Origin: an uncultured virus (IMG/VR IMGVR_UViG_3300020256_000017)
Taxonomy: Duplodnaviria > Heunggongvirae > Uroviricota > Caudoviricetes
Strand: one strand, 5' to 3'
IMG/VR virus record: IMGVR_UViG_3300020256_000017
Length of the DNA stretch: 64,000 nt
The translations under genes were made by a program, and so were the position numbers. The notes beneath the pieces were generated by a model that worked only from the letters and a program-made list of their open reading frames with translations, was not told where the DNA came from and ran no database searches. Each line of letters starts with the position of its first letter. The first letter of the stretch is position 1. Of the stretch, positions 1-9,353 are shown in pieces.

Positions 1-644
1 GCCTGAGTGTCAGAAAACAGCAAGCGAGCGGCGTTGTATTCCTCTACCGTAGGTTTATCTGGAAAATAAGGGCAATCCTCGTCATCTTCACAGCGTTCCG
101 AGAAGGCACCGAGCTTAGTTAACAGTGGTGAATCACCAAATTGGTCGGTGTCAATGGTAATTTTTTCGCCGTTTAGGTAAACTCCCGCGTGTTCACAGTT
201 GAATTGAGATACCTCAAGATTATAACCGTGCACATCCCGCTCGTAAAAAATAACACCCAACAGTTCCACCGTGGTGTCGCCGGACGCGGTGCTGGTGAAG
301 CGAAGGATGTTGGCATAATGGTCATTGCCATTGGTGTCATTGTCGATGCGCTTTCGGATAAGTTTGACCGCTTGGTCTTTACCATCGGCAAACTCAGCAA
401 TGCCTTCAGAAATAGTGTTAAGCACAGTATCTAAAATGGCGGCATCTTTGATTTCTTTTTTTATCAGTGAGGTGATGGTTTTCAAGCCCACATATGAAAT
501 GAAGTTTTTCAGGTGTATTGGCGCTTCACTCTGAACAAAAGAGTTGTACGTATCTAAGGTGGTGCGTGCAGCATGTAATTTCTTGGTCATATCAGAGAGT
601 GCGTTGATGTTCTCGCGAGACCAAAGGGTATTTAATGATGGCAT
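1..644 (-). CDS. Hypothetical protein, partial (runs off the left edge)
   Basis: ATG at 644 follows a GGAG RBS and a box promoter; frame MPSLNTLWSREN... is open to base 1; absent from the ORF track. Confidence 0.8.
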   Translation of the reverse strand, partial: MPSLNTLWSRENINALSDMTKKLHAARTTLDTYNSFVQSEAPIHLKNFISYVGLKTITSLIKKEIKDAAILDTVLNTISEGIAEFADGKDQAVKLIRKRIDNDTNGNDHYANILRFTSTASGDTTVELLGVIFYERDVHGYNLEVSQFNCEHAGVYLNGEKITIDTDQFGDSPLLTKLGAFSERCEDDEDCPYFPDKPTVEEYNAARLLFSDTQ

Positions 645-660
645 GGATGACTCCGTTAGT

Positions 661-704
661 TGTGTTGACGGAGCTAGTATCTCAAAAGCTGTGAGTGAAG
701 TCAA
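661..704 (-). promoter_or_regulatory. GTCAACACA-box promoter
   Basis: TTGACT-N17-GATACT-N6-GTCAACACA. Confidence 0.85.
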
Positions 705-812
705 TAAATTTAGTGCAGCTTTTTGTTTTGATGATATAATAAACAATATATTACTTGTCCCGCAGTATCACAATGCACGTCCACCATTGTTAAGCGGGCT
801 CCTATAAGAAAG

Positions 813-1658
813 ATGATGATGTTAAAAAAAATAGACGAGACGATAACACAGTACCTTGTTGACCGCTACGGTGAAGCGGTGCGCGATGACGTAGGGTTGC
901 TGCTGGGTGGGAAATTCCAATTACACCATCTCTTCAATTTAAGAACGATGATACGCAAAGACTGTGACCTGAGCGGCGGGAGAAACATGTTAAAAGTCGT
1001 CTCTGACAGTCTGTCTAAAAAAGATTTTGCCGGGGTCTGTCTCGATGGATGCAAAAACGCACGTATTCTTTTTGTCAATGGGGTGATGACACCCTATAGC
1101 TTAGCCCAATGGCAGCGCGACTGCCTACAAATGCTGTTTAAGCAACCTGTCGGCCTGGTTTATAACCCTACTGAAAGCCTCATTGCTGATTTGCTCGAAT
1201 GCCACCAAGATCGTTATGGCGAGCCGACAATGCTTGCACATGGATTGGTCGCGCAAATCGAATACACACTGAAAACATCCCCCTATCCGGTGACCGTAGT
1301 TGGTTATTCACAGGGTGCAATTATTGCGACGAGGGCGCTAAGCATATTGACAGCGCGTTTAGGCCGTGCGCAGTTGCAGCGCGTAAGATACATCACGTTT
1401 GGGGCAGGTTTTAGAGAAAATCAACTGCATGAGGCGATAGTGCAAGAGCATTTCGCTAATCTACGTGATCCGGTTGTTCACTTGGGACTGCTTCGTCCGG
1501 GTAGCGAGCACACCGGGGTTATTCATACCCGGGATGCGCAAGGTCATATGCTGGTCGCTGATTATTTGTCGAAAGGTGCCCGGCATGGGTTTGATTTGAG
1601 CAAAAGCCCTGTCTTTGCAAGGCTTATTGGTGAGGATATTAAGAACGCTGCTGGCTAA
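813..1658 (+). CDS. Alpha/beta-hydrolase-fold protein (lipase/esterase-like)
   Basis: GYSQG nucleophile elbow, N-terminal FVNGV, downstream DPV and His. Confidence 0.65.
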   Translation: MMMLKKIDETITQYLVDRYGEAVRDDVGLLLGGKFQLHHLFNLRTMIRKDCDLSGGRNMLKVVSDSLSKKDFAGVCLDGCKNARILFVNGVMTPYSLAQWQRDCLQMLFKQPVGLVYNPTESLIADLLECHQDRYGEPTMLAHGLVAQIEYTLKTSPYPVTVVGYSQGAIIATRALSILTARLGRAQLQRVRYITFGAGFRENQLHEAIVQEHFANLRDPVVHLGLLRPGSEHTGVIHTRDAQGHMLVADYLSKGARHGFDLSKSPVFARLIGEDIKNAAG

Positions 1659-2947
1659 CAGCCGTATCGCCTATTGCTGATAGCGCTAAGCTCTTCAATA
1701 AGCGCATGAAACTGCGCTTTAGGCTCTTGATTGCCGTCAGCACCTTGTTCAAACAAGCTGTAGCACACCGCGGCGTGTGCATCACATTGTCGCGCCATTC
1801 TTATGATATCAACAAGAGTGTTGACCATTAGGCGCTTAATGACTTCTTTCACTGTTTCACGTTGTTTTGGCGCTGCATTGCTTCCACCTGCACGAGCCTC
1901 AAAGTTGAGTGTGGAAGAAAGCATTTGAGGCTCGTACTGCGCATGCCGTTGAGATTCCGTGTGCGCATGAATAGTGCGCATTGCGCTAAGCAAATGTTCG
2001 GAGAAATTTTCATACCCCGCCGAAAGCATACCAATAAACGGTGTTTTAAACGCACCTGTCATTAAAGGCTCAAACCCAACAGTTATATCTTTGATCAGCA
2101 CCTCGATAGCGTCGTCAATCTCCTTGGGTAAGGTGGGTAAAAAGAGCTGCGTAATTATCTCTGTAGGGGCAAAGCTAACATCTAAATCCAATGAATTATG
2201 GTCATTAAATACATGTTGGCGATAAGCATTCAGCAGTGTCCACATATCACTATTATTGCAGCCATCACCAAGTAGGGATGTCATTTCCTGTGTGCACCAG
2301 GGTAACATCGATGACATGATGTCAAGTACAGCATCAAGAGGAAAGGAGATAAACCCTTCACACATAAGTGTTGCCACATTGTTGCAGCGAGCAGAAAAGC
2401 TGTGCTGTTGCGCTATCTGTGCATTGATATGGTCGCACTGGCGTTGCGCAATAAGACGGTGAGCGATACTGATGCGCTTGTTGTCAATGTTGTCAACTCT
2501 ATGCTTGATGAACACGGCTGCTTCGTCGGGCGTGGTAACCGAACGGTGAAGCGCGCCATCAAGATGGGTGAAGTCAATATCACTTAGCGTAGCGGCCTGT
2601 GTCGCTGTTGAGAGGAATGTTGAGGTGTCTTTAAAGGTCTCTTTATCTGTAAACACCTCGCTGAACACCTCGCGCTTAGCCTTCTGTATGAGAGAACGCA
2701 TGACGGTGACAGCGTTGGCATCAGCAAAATACCAATGCGCAGCCAACCCATAGCCAGACCCCGGGTAAAGGATCGCTATTTGCTCCTTGTGAAATAGTAC
2801 AACCCCCGTTTCTTTTAGCATCGAAAGTAACCATGAGGCAACCGACGTGTCGGGGCAGTACACCTCAACAAGGTGTGCTGTATCTAGCGACACTGATGAG
2901 GAAGGGGTAATGTTTAACTTGTTAAGGCGTTTGCCAAGTGGGTTCAT
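1655..2947 (-). CDS. Hypothetical protein
   Basis: Long ORF; likely start MNPLGKR with AAGGA RBS just after the upstream gene's stop. Confidence 0.75.
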   Translation of the reverse strand: MNPLGKRLNKLNITPSSSVSLDTAHLVEVYCPDTSVASWLLSMLKETGVVLFHKEQIAILYPGSGYGLAAHWYFADANAVTVMRSLIQKAKREVFSEVFTDKETFKDTSTFLSTATQAATLSDIDFTHLDGALHRSVTTPDEAAVFIKHRVDNIDNKRISIAHRLIAQRQCDHINAQIAQQHSFSARCNNVATLMCEGFISFPLDAVLDIMSSMLPWCTQEMTSLLGDGCNNSDMWTLLNAYRQHVFNDHNSLDLDVSFAPTEIITQLFLPTLPKEIDDAIEVLIKDITVGFEPLMTGAFKTPFIGMLSAGYENFSEHLLSAMRTIHAHTESQRHAQYEPQMLSSTLNFEARAGGSNAAPKQRETVKEVIKRLMVNTLVDIIRMARQCDAHAAVCYSLFEQGADGNQEPKAQFHALIEELSAISNRRYGC

Positions 2948-2951
2948 GCTT

Positions 2952-3587
2952 TTATCCTTGCAGTTCATCTGCCGCATCAAGTAAAGCGCGGTATTTACGT
3001 AGCGTGTTTTGCGCCTCCACAAGTTCATCATCAGTGACAGTCAGAGGGAATGAGAGGTCGCTGAAGACAATGCGGTTAAGGAGTGTAGTAAAAAAATCAA
3101 GGGTCGCGGCCGATGGCGTACCTAACGTTGAGTAAGGGTGAGACACTTCACCATCACGGTCTATTTCGTAATGATGCTCGCTAAACGCAGCTACGCGCTT
3201 AACAGAAAACGCAACACGCATTTCTTTATCACCATTCACGCTTGGGAATGAAAAACACACAGTTCGCTTGTCCGGGAGTGTGCCAAACGACGCTTTTTGA
3301 AACTCCGGTTCTTGAAGCGTTAAGCGAAACTCTGTCGATGCGATGGTACCTGCGACAATCCGAGGCAGAACGGCCTGAATGGCCTCGATTTCAGGACACG
3401 GGAAAGCGTTGGCCAGAGTTGCCGTCTCTTCTAGCACCTCAGAAGCTGCGAGCGTAACAAATGAAGGATCAAATGACTCTTCACGTGCACTGATAATACT
3501 ATTGGCATGCATAATGGCATGAAGTGCGCGTTGTAAGTTGTCGGTTGACTCTGTTTGACCTGTGTAACTTTTGGTTAGGGTTCGCAT
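2952..3587 (-). CDS. Hypothetical protein
   Basis: Start MRTLTK after AAGGA RBS and box promoter. Confidence 0.8.
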   Translation of the reverse strand: MRTLTKSYTGQTESTDNLQRALHAIMHANSIISAREESFDPSFVTLAASEVLEETATLANAFPCPEIEAIQAVLPRIVAGTIASTEFRLTLQEPEFQKASFGTLPDKRTVCFSFPSVNGDKEMRVAFSVKRVAAFSEHHYEIDRDGEVSHPYSTLGTPSAATLDFFTTLLNRIVFSDLSFPLTVTDDELVEAQNTLRKYRALLDAADELQG

Positions 3588-3599
3588 GGTTTTTCCTTG

Positions 3600-3644
3600 T
3601 GTGTTGACATAATTAAGTATGCCAAAAATGGACTCAAAAAGCAA
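3600..3644 (-). promoter_or_regulatory. GTCAACACA-box promoter
   Basis: TTGCTT-N17-CATACT-N7-GTCAACACA. Confidence 0.75.
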
Positions 3645-3694
3645 TCGTTTTGTGATAGTATAGAGGTGACATTAAACAACGCGAAGGGATATTT

Positions 3695-3997
3695 ATGAGT
3701 CAATCTAAATCCGAATGGGATTGGATGGTGGCGATGGCAAAAGCCTCAAATAGCGGTGATAAGCAAGCTGTCTCGCGTATCATTTGCGATGCACCATTGG
3801 CTGAGATGCCAAGATTGCAGCACATGGCAATAAGTGTGTTTGAAATAACAAAAGAAAACATGAGCACTTACCCAGACGCTGCTGAGCGCCTGGCTGAGCT
3901 CGAAGATGACGGGACGTGGGATGCGCGTGCGGCCTTCCGTCACAGCCTAATAAAAGAGCAATCCTCTATGTTATTGAGTGGGTCGGATCCTGGGTAG
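3695..3997 (+). CDS. Hypothetical protein
   Basis: 100 aa ORF with AAGGGA RBS. Confidence 0.65.
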   Translation: MSQSKSEWDWMVAMAKASNSGDKQAVSRIICDAPLAEMPRLQHMAISVFEITKENMSTYPDAAERLAELEDDGTWDARAAFRHSLIKEQSSMLLSGSDPG

Positions 3998-4252
3998 CGC
4001 TCGTCTTGTACGCAAAGGAACCGAGGACGCGAGAGTGGCGTAAAACCCATTCAATCTGTGTACGTAAACGGCACAAAGATAGGGGAGAGCGTTACCCTCT
4101 TCGTCCATGACGTTAACGTTTAGCGTAGGCATAAGGAAGCCCGAGAGCTTAATGAAAAGAGAGGGTGAGACCTCCTTCTCAAGTGCATCAATTATCGCAT
4201 TGATATCAGACTTATACAAGGCGACAACGCCATCGAGGTTGCTATCAGCCAC
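3971..4252 (-). CDS. Hypothetical protein
   Basis: GTG start with GGAGG RBS. Confidence 0.65.
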   Translation of the reverse strand: MADSNLDGVVALYKSDINAIIDALEKEVSPSLFIKLSGFLMPTLNVNVMDEEGNALPYLCAVYVHRLNGFYATLASSVPLRTRRALPRIRPTQ

Positions 4253-4308
4253 GCTCCCTCCAATACAGTGAAATCGCCAGATTAAGAAACGCCATAATAC
4301 CAGGCCTT

Positions 4309-4599
4309 CTAGTCAAACATAGAAATCCGTTTGCTTGCCGGTTTATCTTCAAGGTCTTCTAAACTAAGCGAAGCTGCCCAATCAGAGAACGCCGTTAGCT
4401 GAGAACGCTTCTTAAGTTCATCATTACTAAAATCAGAGGGGGTGATAAACTTCTCACGAATAGCGTCCACTTCTGCCCGTCCAAAGTTCTCAGTGATTCC
4501 GCTTTTCTTTGCGCGCTTAACAAGTACCTCTTTGGCTTTTTTAATGGCCGTGTCGATACGCGATACGTTTAGGATCGCTTTAGAAACTTTCTGTGTCAT
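4309..4599 (-). CDS. Hypothetical protein
   Basis: Start MTQKVSK with GGAG RBS; preceded by a ~150 nt structured leader. Confidence 0.75.
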   Translation of the reverse strand: MTQKVSKAILNVSRIDTAIKKAKEVLVKRAKKSGITENFGRAEVDAIREKFITPSDFSNDELKKRSQLTAFSDWAASLSLEDLEDKPASKRISMFD

Positions 4600-4741
4600 A
4601 ATAGACTCCAATAAATACGTTGTTCAGCTCAAGCTTTATCCCGACGTATAATCGAGTTATCGCAGCATGAGCGTAGTGATTGTTTGCGTGGCAAGTTGTA
4701 GAATAATGATCTACGGTTGCCTAAAGTGTGCGACATGTACG

Positions 4742-4785
4742 TGTGTTGACGATGGCATTATCTCAATGAGATGGCCTCTTGTCAA
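4742..4785 (-). promoter_or_regulatory. GTCAACACA-box promoter
   Basis: TTGACA-N17-GATAAT-N6-GTCAACACA. Confidence 0.85.
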
Positions 4786-4791
4786 CAACAA

Positions 4792-4996
4792 TCAGCGCAT
4801 CTGTGCGCGCTGACTGTTAAGATTAATGGCATCCAGCTCTTTTCGTGCCAGCGCCTCGTTGCCGTTAGGCGCAACGTGCACCGCAGCTTTTACCGTGCCT
4901 GATGACATCCGATACACTAAAGAACCGATGCATTTGCCTAGGCCTTCAGGTTTTTTTGTCTACGCCTGGCACAAATGTAACAATATTTGGATACAT
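4792..4996 (-). pseudogene. Small gene frameshifted in an A7 run
   Basis: ATG after AGGA RBS and box promoter stops after 16 codons; removing one base of the T7 run at 4951-4957 gives a 67 aa ORF ending at 4792. Confidence 0.55.
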
Positions 4997-5011
4997 AACA
5001 TTTTCCTGTGT

Positions 5012-5056
5012 TGTGTTGACAGGAATAAGTATCTCAAAACTTGAGTAGGTTGTCAA
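5012..5056 (-). promoter_or_regulatory. GTCAACACA-box promoter
   Basis: TTGACA..TGAGATACT..GTCAACACA. Confidence 0.85.
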
Positions 5057-5083
5057 TAGGCGACTTTACGCCGCCCTCATAAA

Positions 5084-5566
5084 CTAGTTGTCTTCATCAT
5101 CACTAACATCAGTAATCAAAAGACAAGCGTCCATCACGCCTTCGTTCTTTAGTGCATGGTAGGTTTGAACTACTGACTCAGCAAGGTCAGGCCATCCATC
5201 TTCGTCCCAACCTTCGACCGTATCAAAGTTGCCGTTACGTTCATAAAGTCCACCCGCCACATTGATGTCGTTGAGTAACGATAACGCAGCCCGCTGCAAA
5301 ATCGTAAGGTCAGCACCTGCTAAATACGGCACAATAAGCTTAACGGGGTCATCCGCATCCATCACCTTGAAGTGTTCATCGTTATTGATGAGAATGGCGA
5401 AGTCAGTTGGCGAATCCGGTGACTCGCCGCCTACGTGCACATTGGATACCTCACCTGTAACCACGGAACCGTCGTCGTTTTCAATAGCAATGGTTAGACC
5501 GGGTTTAATCGCCTTTGCTGGTAAGAAATGAAGTGTTACCGAACTGCTTTTAAGTAAAGACATCAT
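5084..5566 (-). CDS. Hypothetical acidic protein
   Basis: Start MMSLLK after GAGGA RBS and box. Confidence 0.8.
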   Translation of the reverse strand: MMSLLKSSSVTLHFLPAKAIKPGLTIAIENDDGSVVTGEVSNVHVGGESPDSPTDFAILINNDEHFKVMDADDPVKLIVPYLAGADLTILQRAALSLLNDINVAGGLYERNGNFDTVEGWDEDGWPDLAESVVQTYHALKNEGVMDACLLITDVSDDEDN

Positions 5567-5576
5567 ATTTCCTCGT

Positions 5577-5624
5577 TGTGTTGACATGTTAATTATCTCA
5601 AAAGTAAGTGTTCAAGTCAACACA
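5577..5624 (-). promoter_or_regulatory. GTCAACACA-box promoter with full inverted repeat
   Basis: TTGTGTTGAC-N30-GTCAACACAA; TTGACT-N17-GATAAT. Confidence 0.85.
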
Positions 5625-5643
5625 AAGAATGTGGGTTAGGGAG

Positions 5644-6288
5644 TTAAAGTTGGTTGTGTAGCACAGCGAGAACATCATCTACACAATCAAAAAGCGGCAC
5701 GTTGCTGGCATCGTAAACGCTGCCATCGTTACCCACCATGGTAGTAAAGTCATCGCCAGAAATCGCGCAATACAACCACTTCATAGTGTGATAGCAAATA
5801 AGTCGATAGTCATCAATCAAGTCGAGCTCACTAGTGGAAAAAGTTGAGCGTTCTGGGCTGACAAGTTCGATGAATTTAGCCAGCATAACATTGCTGACGT
5901 CTTGGTAATGGTTAGGTGTGTGGTTACCAAGAAACTGACGTGCGTGAGAAGGATTATCAACGGTGAGTGATGCTTGCTCATGATCAAAGGCGGTTTGACA
6001 TGCCGTGATGTAAGTGATCACGCTGCGAATAAACGTCTCATTCGAGCCGTCGGTATGGTAACCCGTCGCGGGCGCGCTGAACTGAACTACAAATTCATTT
6101 TCACGTTCTTCGCTAGAAAGATAATTGTCCATGACGTACTGATTCATAGCGCTAAACGTCATGCATAATCGCGATGTGCTTACGCGCTCTGGATTAGGCA
6201 TATCACCTACAACTGAATCGTTATCAGAAGTGATAGGCGATAGTGTAAGTGTAATATCTTTACACGAAAATGGCGTAGGTGATTTCAT
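5644..6288 (-). CDS. Hypothetical protein
   Basis: 214 aa ORF after box promoter. Confidence 0.8.
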   Translation of the reverse strand: MKSPTPFSCKDITLTLSPITSDNDSVVGDMPNPERVSTSRLCMTFSAMNQYVMDNYLSSEERENEFVVQFSAPATGYHTDGSNETFIRSVITYITACQTAFDHEQASLTVDNPSHARQFLGNHTPNHYQDVSNVMLAKFIELVSPERSTFSTSELDLIDDYRLICYHTMKWLYCAISGDDFTTMVGNDGSVYDASNVPLFDCVDDVLAVLHNQL

Positions 6289-6309
6289 TGACAGAATGGT
6301 TCCTGTTGC

Positions 6310-6353
6310 TGTGTTGACGTACCCATTCTCGCAGCAAAAGCACTCACCGTCAA
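6310..6353 (-). promoter_or_regulatory. GTCAACACA-box promoter
   Basis: TTGAC-N30-GTCAACACA with TGCGAGAAT -10. Confidence 0.8.
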
Positions 6354-6387
6354 GGGTAACTTGCTGCGAGAGAAGGTGAAATTTAGG

Positions 6388-6741
6388 CTACGCGGCTTGT
6401 ATGCGCTTACGCCCTATTTCATTCGCCATCAATGTGGCCACGAAACCTTCTTCGGGGGAATAAAAACCAATTTCAGTATTGTTGCGAATGCGATCTTCAG
6501 ACATAACGCGAGCATGCCCCGGCAAGCCCTTAAGCGCCTCTGATAGCGTTTTCAGCGTAATGCCGTCTTCCGCCATATCGACGTCGCGCTGACAATCAAG
6601 GATATAGTGGTTGGCCACTTTGATAAAAAAAGGGTTTGCAGGTTCCGGACGGACTACAACAGGCGCATCACCATAAAGGCAGCGCTGACTTTCAATAACA
6701 TCACGTAATTTATCTACCGTAATCGGGATGTTTTTAGGCAT
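6388..6741 (-). CDS. Hypothetical protein
   Basis: Start MPKNIP after GGAG RBS and box. Confidence 0.75.
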   Translation of the reverse strand: MPKNIPITVDKLRDVIESQRCLYGDAPVVVRPEPANPFFIKVANHYILDCQRDVDMAEDGITLKTLSEALKGLPGHARVMSEDRIRNNTEIGFYSPEEGFVATLMANEIGRKRIQAA

Positions 6742-6757
6742 AAGGATCTCCAAAGAG

Positions 6758-6801
6758 TGTGTTGACAAGGTTATTCTCTCAAGAACTGTGTTTATTGTCA
6801 A
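6758..6801 (-). promoter_or_regulatory. GTCAACACA-box promoter
   Basis: TTGACA..TGAGAGAAT..GTCAACACA. Confidence 0.85.
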
Positions 6802-6840
6802 CAGAATATTTGACTTATGTTGGTTATGTGGTTAATATAA

Positions 6841-6999
6841 AACGGTCTCTTTGAGATGTGGTTTTGCACCACGCCGCCCCTTGGCGCAACGCACTATGAA
6901 TAGTTACATCAACTTTTTTTATGACACCGTTTGTCGTTACATCGTCAAGCAGTGTGATGGAAACGGGGCACAACACACTGCTATCAAGAGGATGATATC
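6841..6999 (+). ncRNA. Candidate structured 5' leader (pseudoknot-like)
   Basis: Two adjacent hairpins at 6858-6886 and a distal hairpin at 6949-6981 whose loop GGGGC complements upstream loop GCCCC. Confidence 0.45.
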
Positions 7000-8022
7000 A
7001 TGTCAAACGAAATACCATTAAGAAAAGTAATCCAAAACGAAAAAGACCTAGCTGCGTTAAGAGAAAGTTTACGAGCGTCACTGACGTTAGAGCAAGTTGT
7101 CGGTCTATTTAAGCATACCATTAAAAAGGAATCGCTGGGTGACAGTGTTGCGCGTGCGGTAGGCCAAAAAGCGCGTGATAGCATAAAGCAAAGCGCAGCC
7201 GATAAGCTCGCCGCTGACATGTTGGGGTTTCACAACACTAATGAAATGTTTGCGCATTACCAAGTCCAATACTTCAATGTTTCTCTGTTTCGTCACCATC
7301 GTGAGTATGATGACGCAAGCGTCAATGTAGTACGTGAACAAGGTGTAGAAGTTGGCGTACTTGATATGCTTTACATGTATCCAGACATCTTTCATTACAA
7401 GTTTGAAAAAGAACTGCATGCTTTTGAGTATGAGGCAGAGATTAAAAAGGATCTTCGCCGTGATGAAGTTGAAGGCTACCGTTATTTCTTCGACGCCACA
7501 TCACCATTGACAGGCGCGGCCTTCAATTTAAGCAGTGTCCCTGATTTGCTGGATAGGATCCCATCGTATTTTAGTTTTACCCGAAAAACAAAAGATTTAC
7601 CTGAACTAATGAGCCATTTGGTGGTTCAGGCAGGAGTAGGAGTCAACTTTGAGGGCATGGGTGATCCGCTGGCCGTTAATTTTGGTGAAGGTGACTGTAA
7701 GGTTATTGGCATTGACCATGATGCATCCGACCCGCGTGAGACGCTAAAGTCTCTGAGTGACGTGATGATGAAGGCGCATCCTGAACTGTTCGAAAAAGAC
7801 CTGAATGAAACGGTGGTGGAGACCCTCATATCCCGAGCAGGCTTTAATAAAAAGGGGAATGCGACTGCGTTTTATGAACCTTATGATTTATACTACGACC
7901 ACTATAATGCGAGCGTGATAATCACTAGATTAGGCGTGCCTTATGTGGGCGCAGGGTTGTACCTTGATGCAAGTGACATTCGCTGTAAAGCGCACTACGA
8001 GAGCTGCAAGCGCAAGGATTGA
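7000..8022 (+). CDS. Hypothetical protein with a Glyoxalase_8-like N-terminal helical segment
   Basis: IKQSAADKLAADMLGFHNTNEMFAH motif; GAGGA RBS. Confidence 0.7.
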   Translation: MSNEIPLRKVIQNEKDLAALRESLRASLTLEQVVGLFKHTIKKESLGDSVARAVGQKARDSIKQSAADKLAADMLGFHNTNEMFAHYQVQYFNVSLFRHHREYDDASVNVVREQGVEVGVLDMLYMYPDIFHYKFEKELHAFEYEAEIKKDLRRDEVEGYRYFFDATSPLTGAAFNLSSVPDLLDRIPSYFSFTRKTKDLPELMSHLVVQAGVGVNFEGMGDPLAVNFGEGDCKVIGIDHDASDPRETLKSLSDVMMKAHPELFEKDLNETVVETLISRAGFNKKGNATAFYEPYDLYYDHYNASVIITRLGVPYVGAGLYLDASDIRCKAHYESCKRKD

Positions 8023-8031
8023 TGGTAGCGT

Positions 8032-8075
8032 AAAAAAACAAAAACCTCGCTAATCAGCGAGGTTTTTTTGTTTTT
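8032..8075. terminator. Bidirectional intrinsic terminator
   Basis: AAAAACCTCGCT-AATC-AGCGAGGTTTTT flanked by A and T runs, between convergent genes. Confidence 0.85.
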
Positions 8076-8177
8076 GGTTGTGTGGTTTATCGATTGTTTA
8101 GCGAGAAAACCCAGTGATAAGTGATAGGTAATAAGTGAAAAGCAATATCACCGGTTTCTCACTATGGCAACAAGTCG

Positions 8178-9200
8178 TTAATTAAACCACTGACGCTCAT
8201 TAAGGAATTCGGCGTCATCTTCCTCCGTGTAGCCATCATTGATAAGCTTGAGGCGGTTTGATGCGCGTCGAGACTCTATTTCTCCGGCTACAATGTGCGT
8301 AAACATAGCTTTGGTTTCCATGTTGGCTCTTATCATTTGAGGCAAGAAGGTACGCCCGAGTTTATGGTAAAGCGCATAAATGGATGACAGGGTGGCTATA
8401 GATGTAAGTAGTGGGCTGATTTTGTCCTTCATCTCCGCCACAGGGGCTTGGGTTTGCAATCCATCGAATAAGACCTCTCTCAACGAAGACTTAATGAGCT
8501 CGTCAACACCAGTGTTGACAAAAATACGCTTAGCTTCGAAAAACTCACTACCTGTAAGGGCTTTTTCCAAGGTTATCCAATGTTTGTCTTTCTCTGATGC
8601 GCTTGCGACCTCGTAGGCATTCATTGCCAACGATAACATCACTTGCGTAGACGCTTTAGGAACGTCACCGAGGATCATGGAAGAGGTTTTCTCAAAAAAA
8701 GCCGCGTCAATGATAATGTAGGTTAAAAAGGTAGGCGTTCGACCAAGTTTAATCAAGCTGCCGTTCATCATCACGTTAAGCAAAGCATCGCACGTGTCGA
8801 ATTCGTTGTCCGTGTGGAAGTAGTTTGCCCGTGTCTCCGCTGACTCTATATTGTCAAACGCACGATGTGGGATCCACTCTCCTCGTTCAACGCCTCCGTC
8901 ATTGCTTTTGACCGTTGCAAAAAGCTCACTGCCAAGCGCAAACGGGGACAGGCCTTTAAACCAATCTGTTTTGTTGGCCATGTTTTCGTTGACATAATTC
9001 AACAGCGCGTGACCTTCATCAGTAGTTACACTGCCATACTCACCCATGGTGCCCTTAAAGGGAAAGTGAAACATGTCCGCAGCTTTATTGGCTACGCTTG
9101 TATAGCCGTGGCTGGTTGCAGAACTCAACAGTAAAGGTAAAACGATAACGGGCTCACCTTCTTTTATAGGTAAGCCGGAAAGGTGGCATAGTGTGCTCAT
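8178..9200 (-). CDS. Hypothetical protein
   Basis: 340 aa ORF after box promoter. Confidence 0.8.
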   Translation of the reverse strand: MSTLCHLSGLPIKEGEPVIVLPLLLSSATSHGYTSVANKAADMFHFPFKGTMGEYGSVTTDEGHALLNYVNENMANKTDWFKGLSPFALGSELFATVKSNDGGVERGEWIPHRAFDNIESAETRANYFHTDNEFDTCDALLNVMMNGSLIKLGRTPTFLTYIIIDAAFFEKTSSMILGDVPKASTQVMLSLAMNAYEVASASEKDKHWITLEKALTGSEFFEAKRIFVNTGVDELIKSSLREVLFDGLQTQAPVAEMKDKISPLLTSIATLSSIYALYHKLGRTFLPQMIRANMETKAMFTHIVAGEIESRRASNRLKLINDGYTEEDDAEFLNERQWFN

Positions 9201-9212
9201 AACAATGTTCGC

Positions 9213-9262
9213 TGTGTTGACAATATAGACTTAATATTACTAGGTTTAATAAAATGAGTCAA
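9213..9262 (-). promoter_or_regulatory. GTCAACACA-box promoter (longer spacing)
   Basis: TTGAC-N36-GTCAACACA. Confidence 0.65.
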
Positions 9263-9353
9263 CGAAAATAAAAGGCGGAATGGTGCGTTTGCCGATGTTT
9301 TTTCTGCGATGTGATAACCTCAATGTAAATGAAAGCTTGGTGGTGAGGCTACA

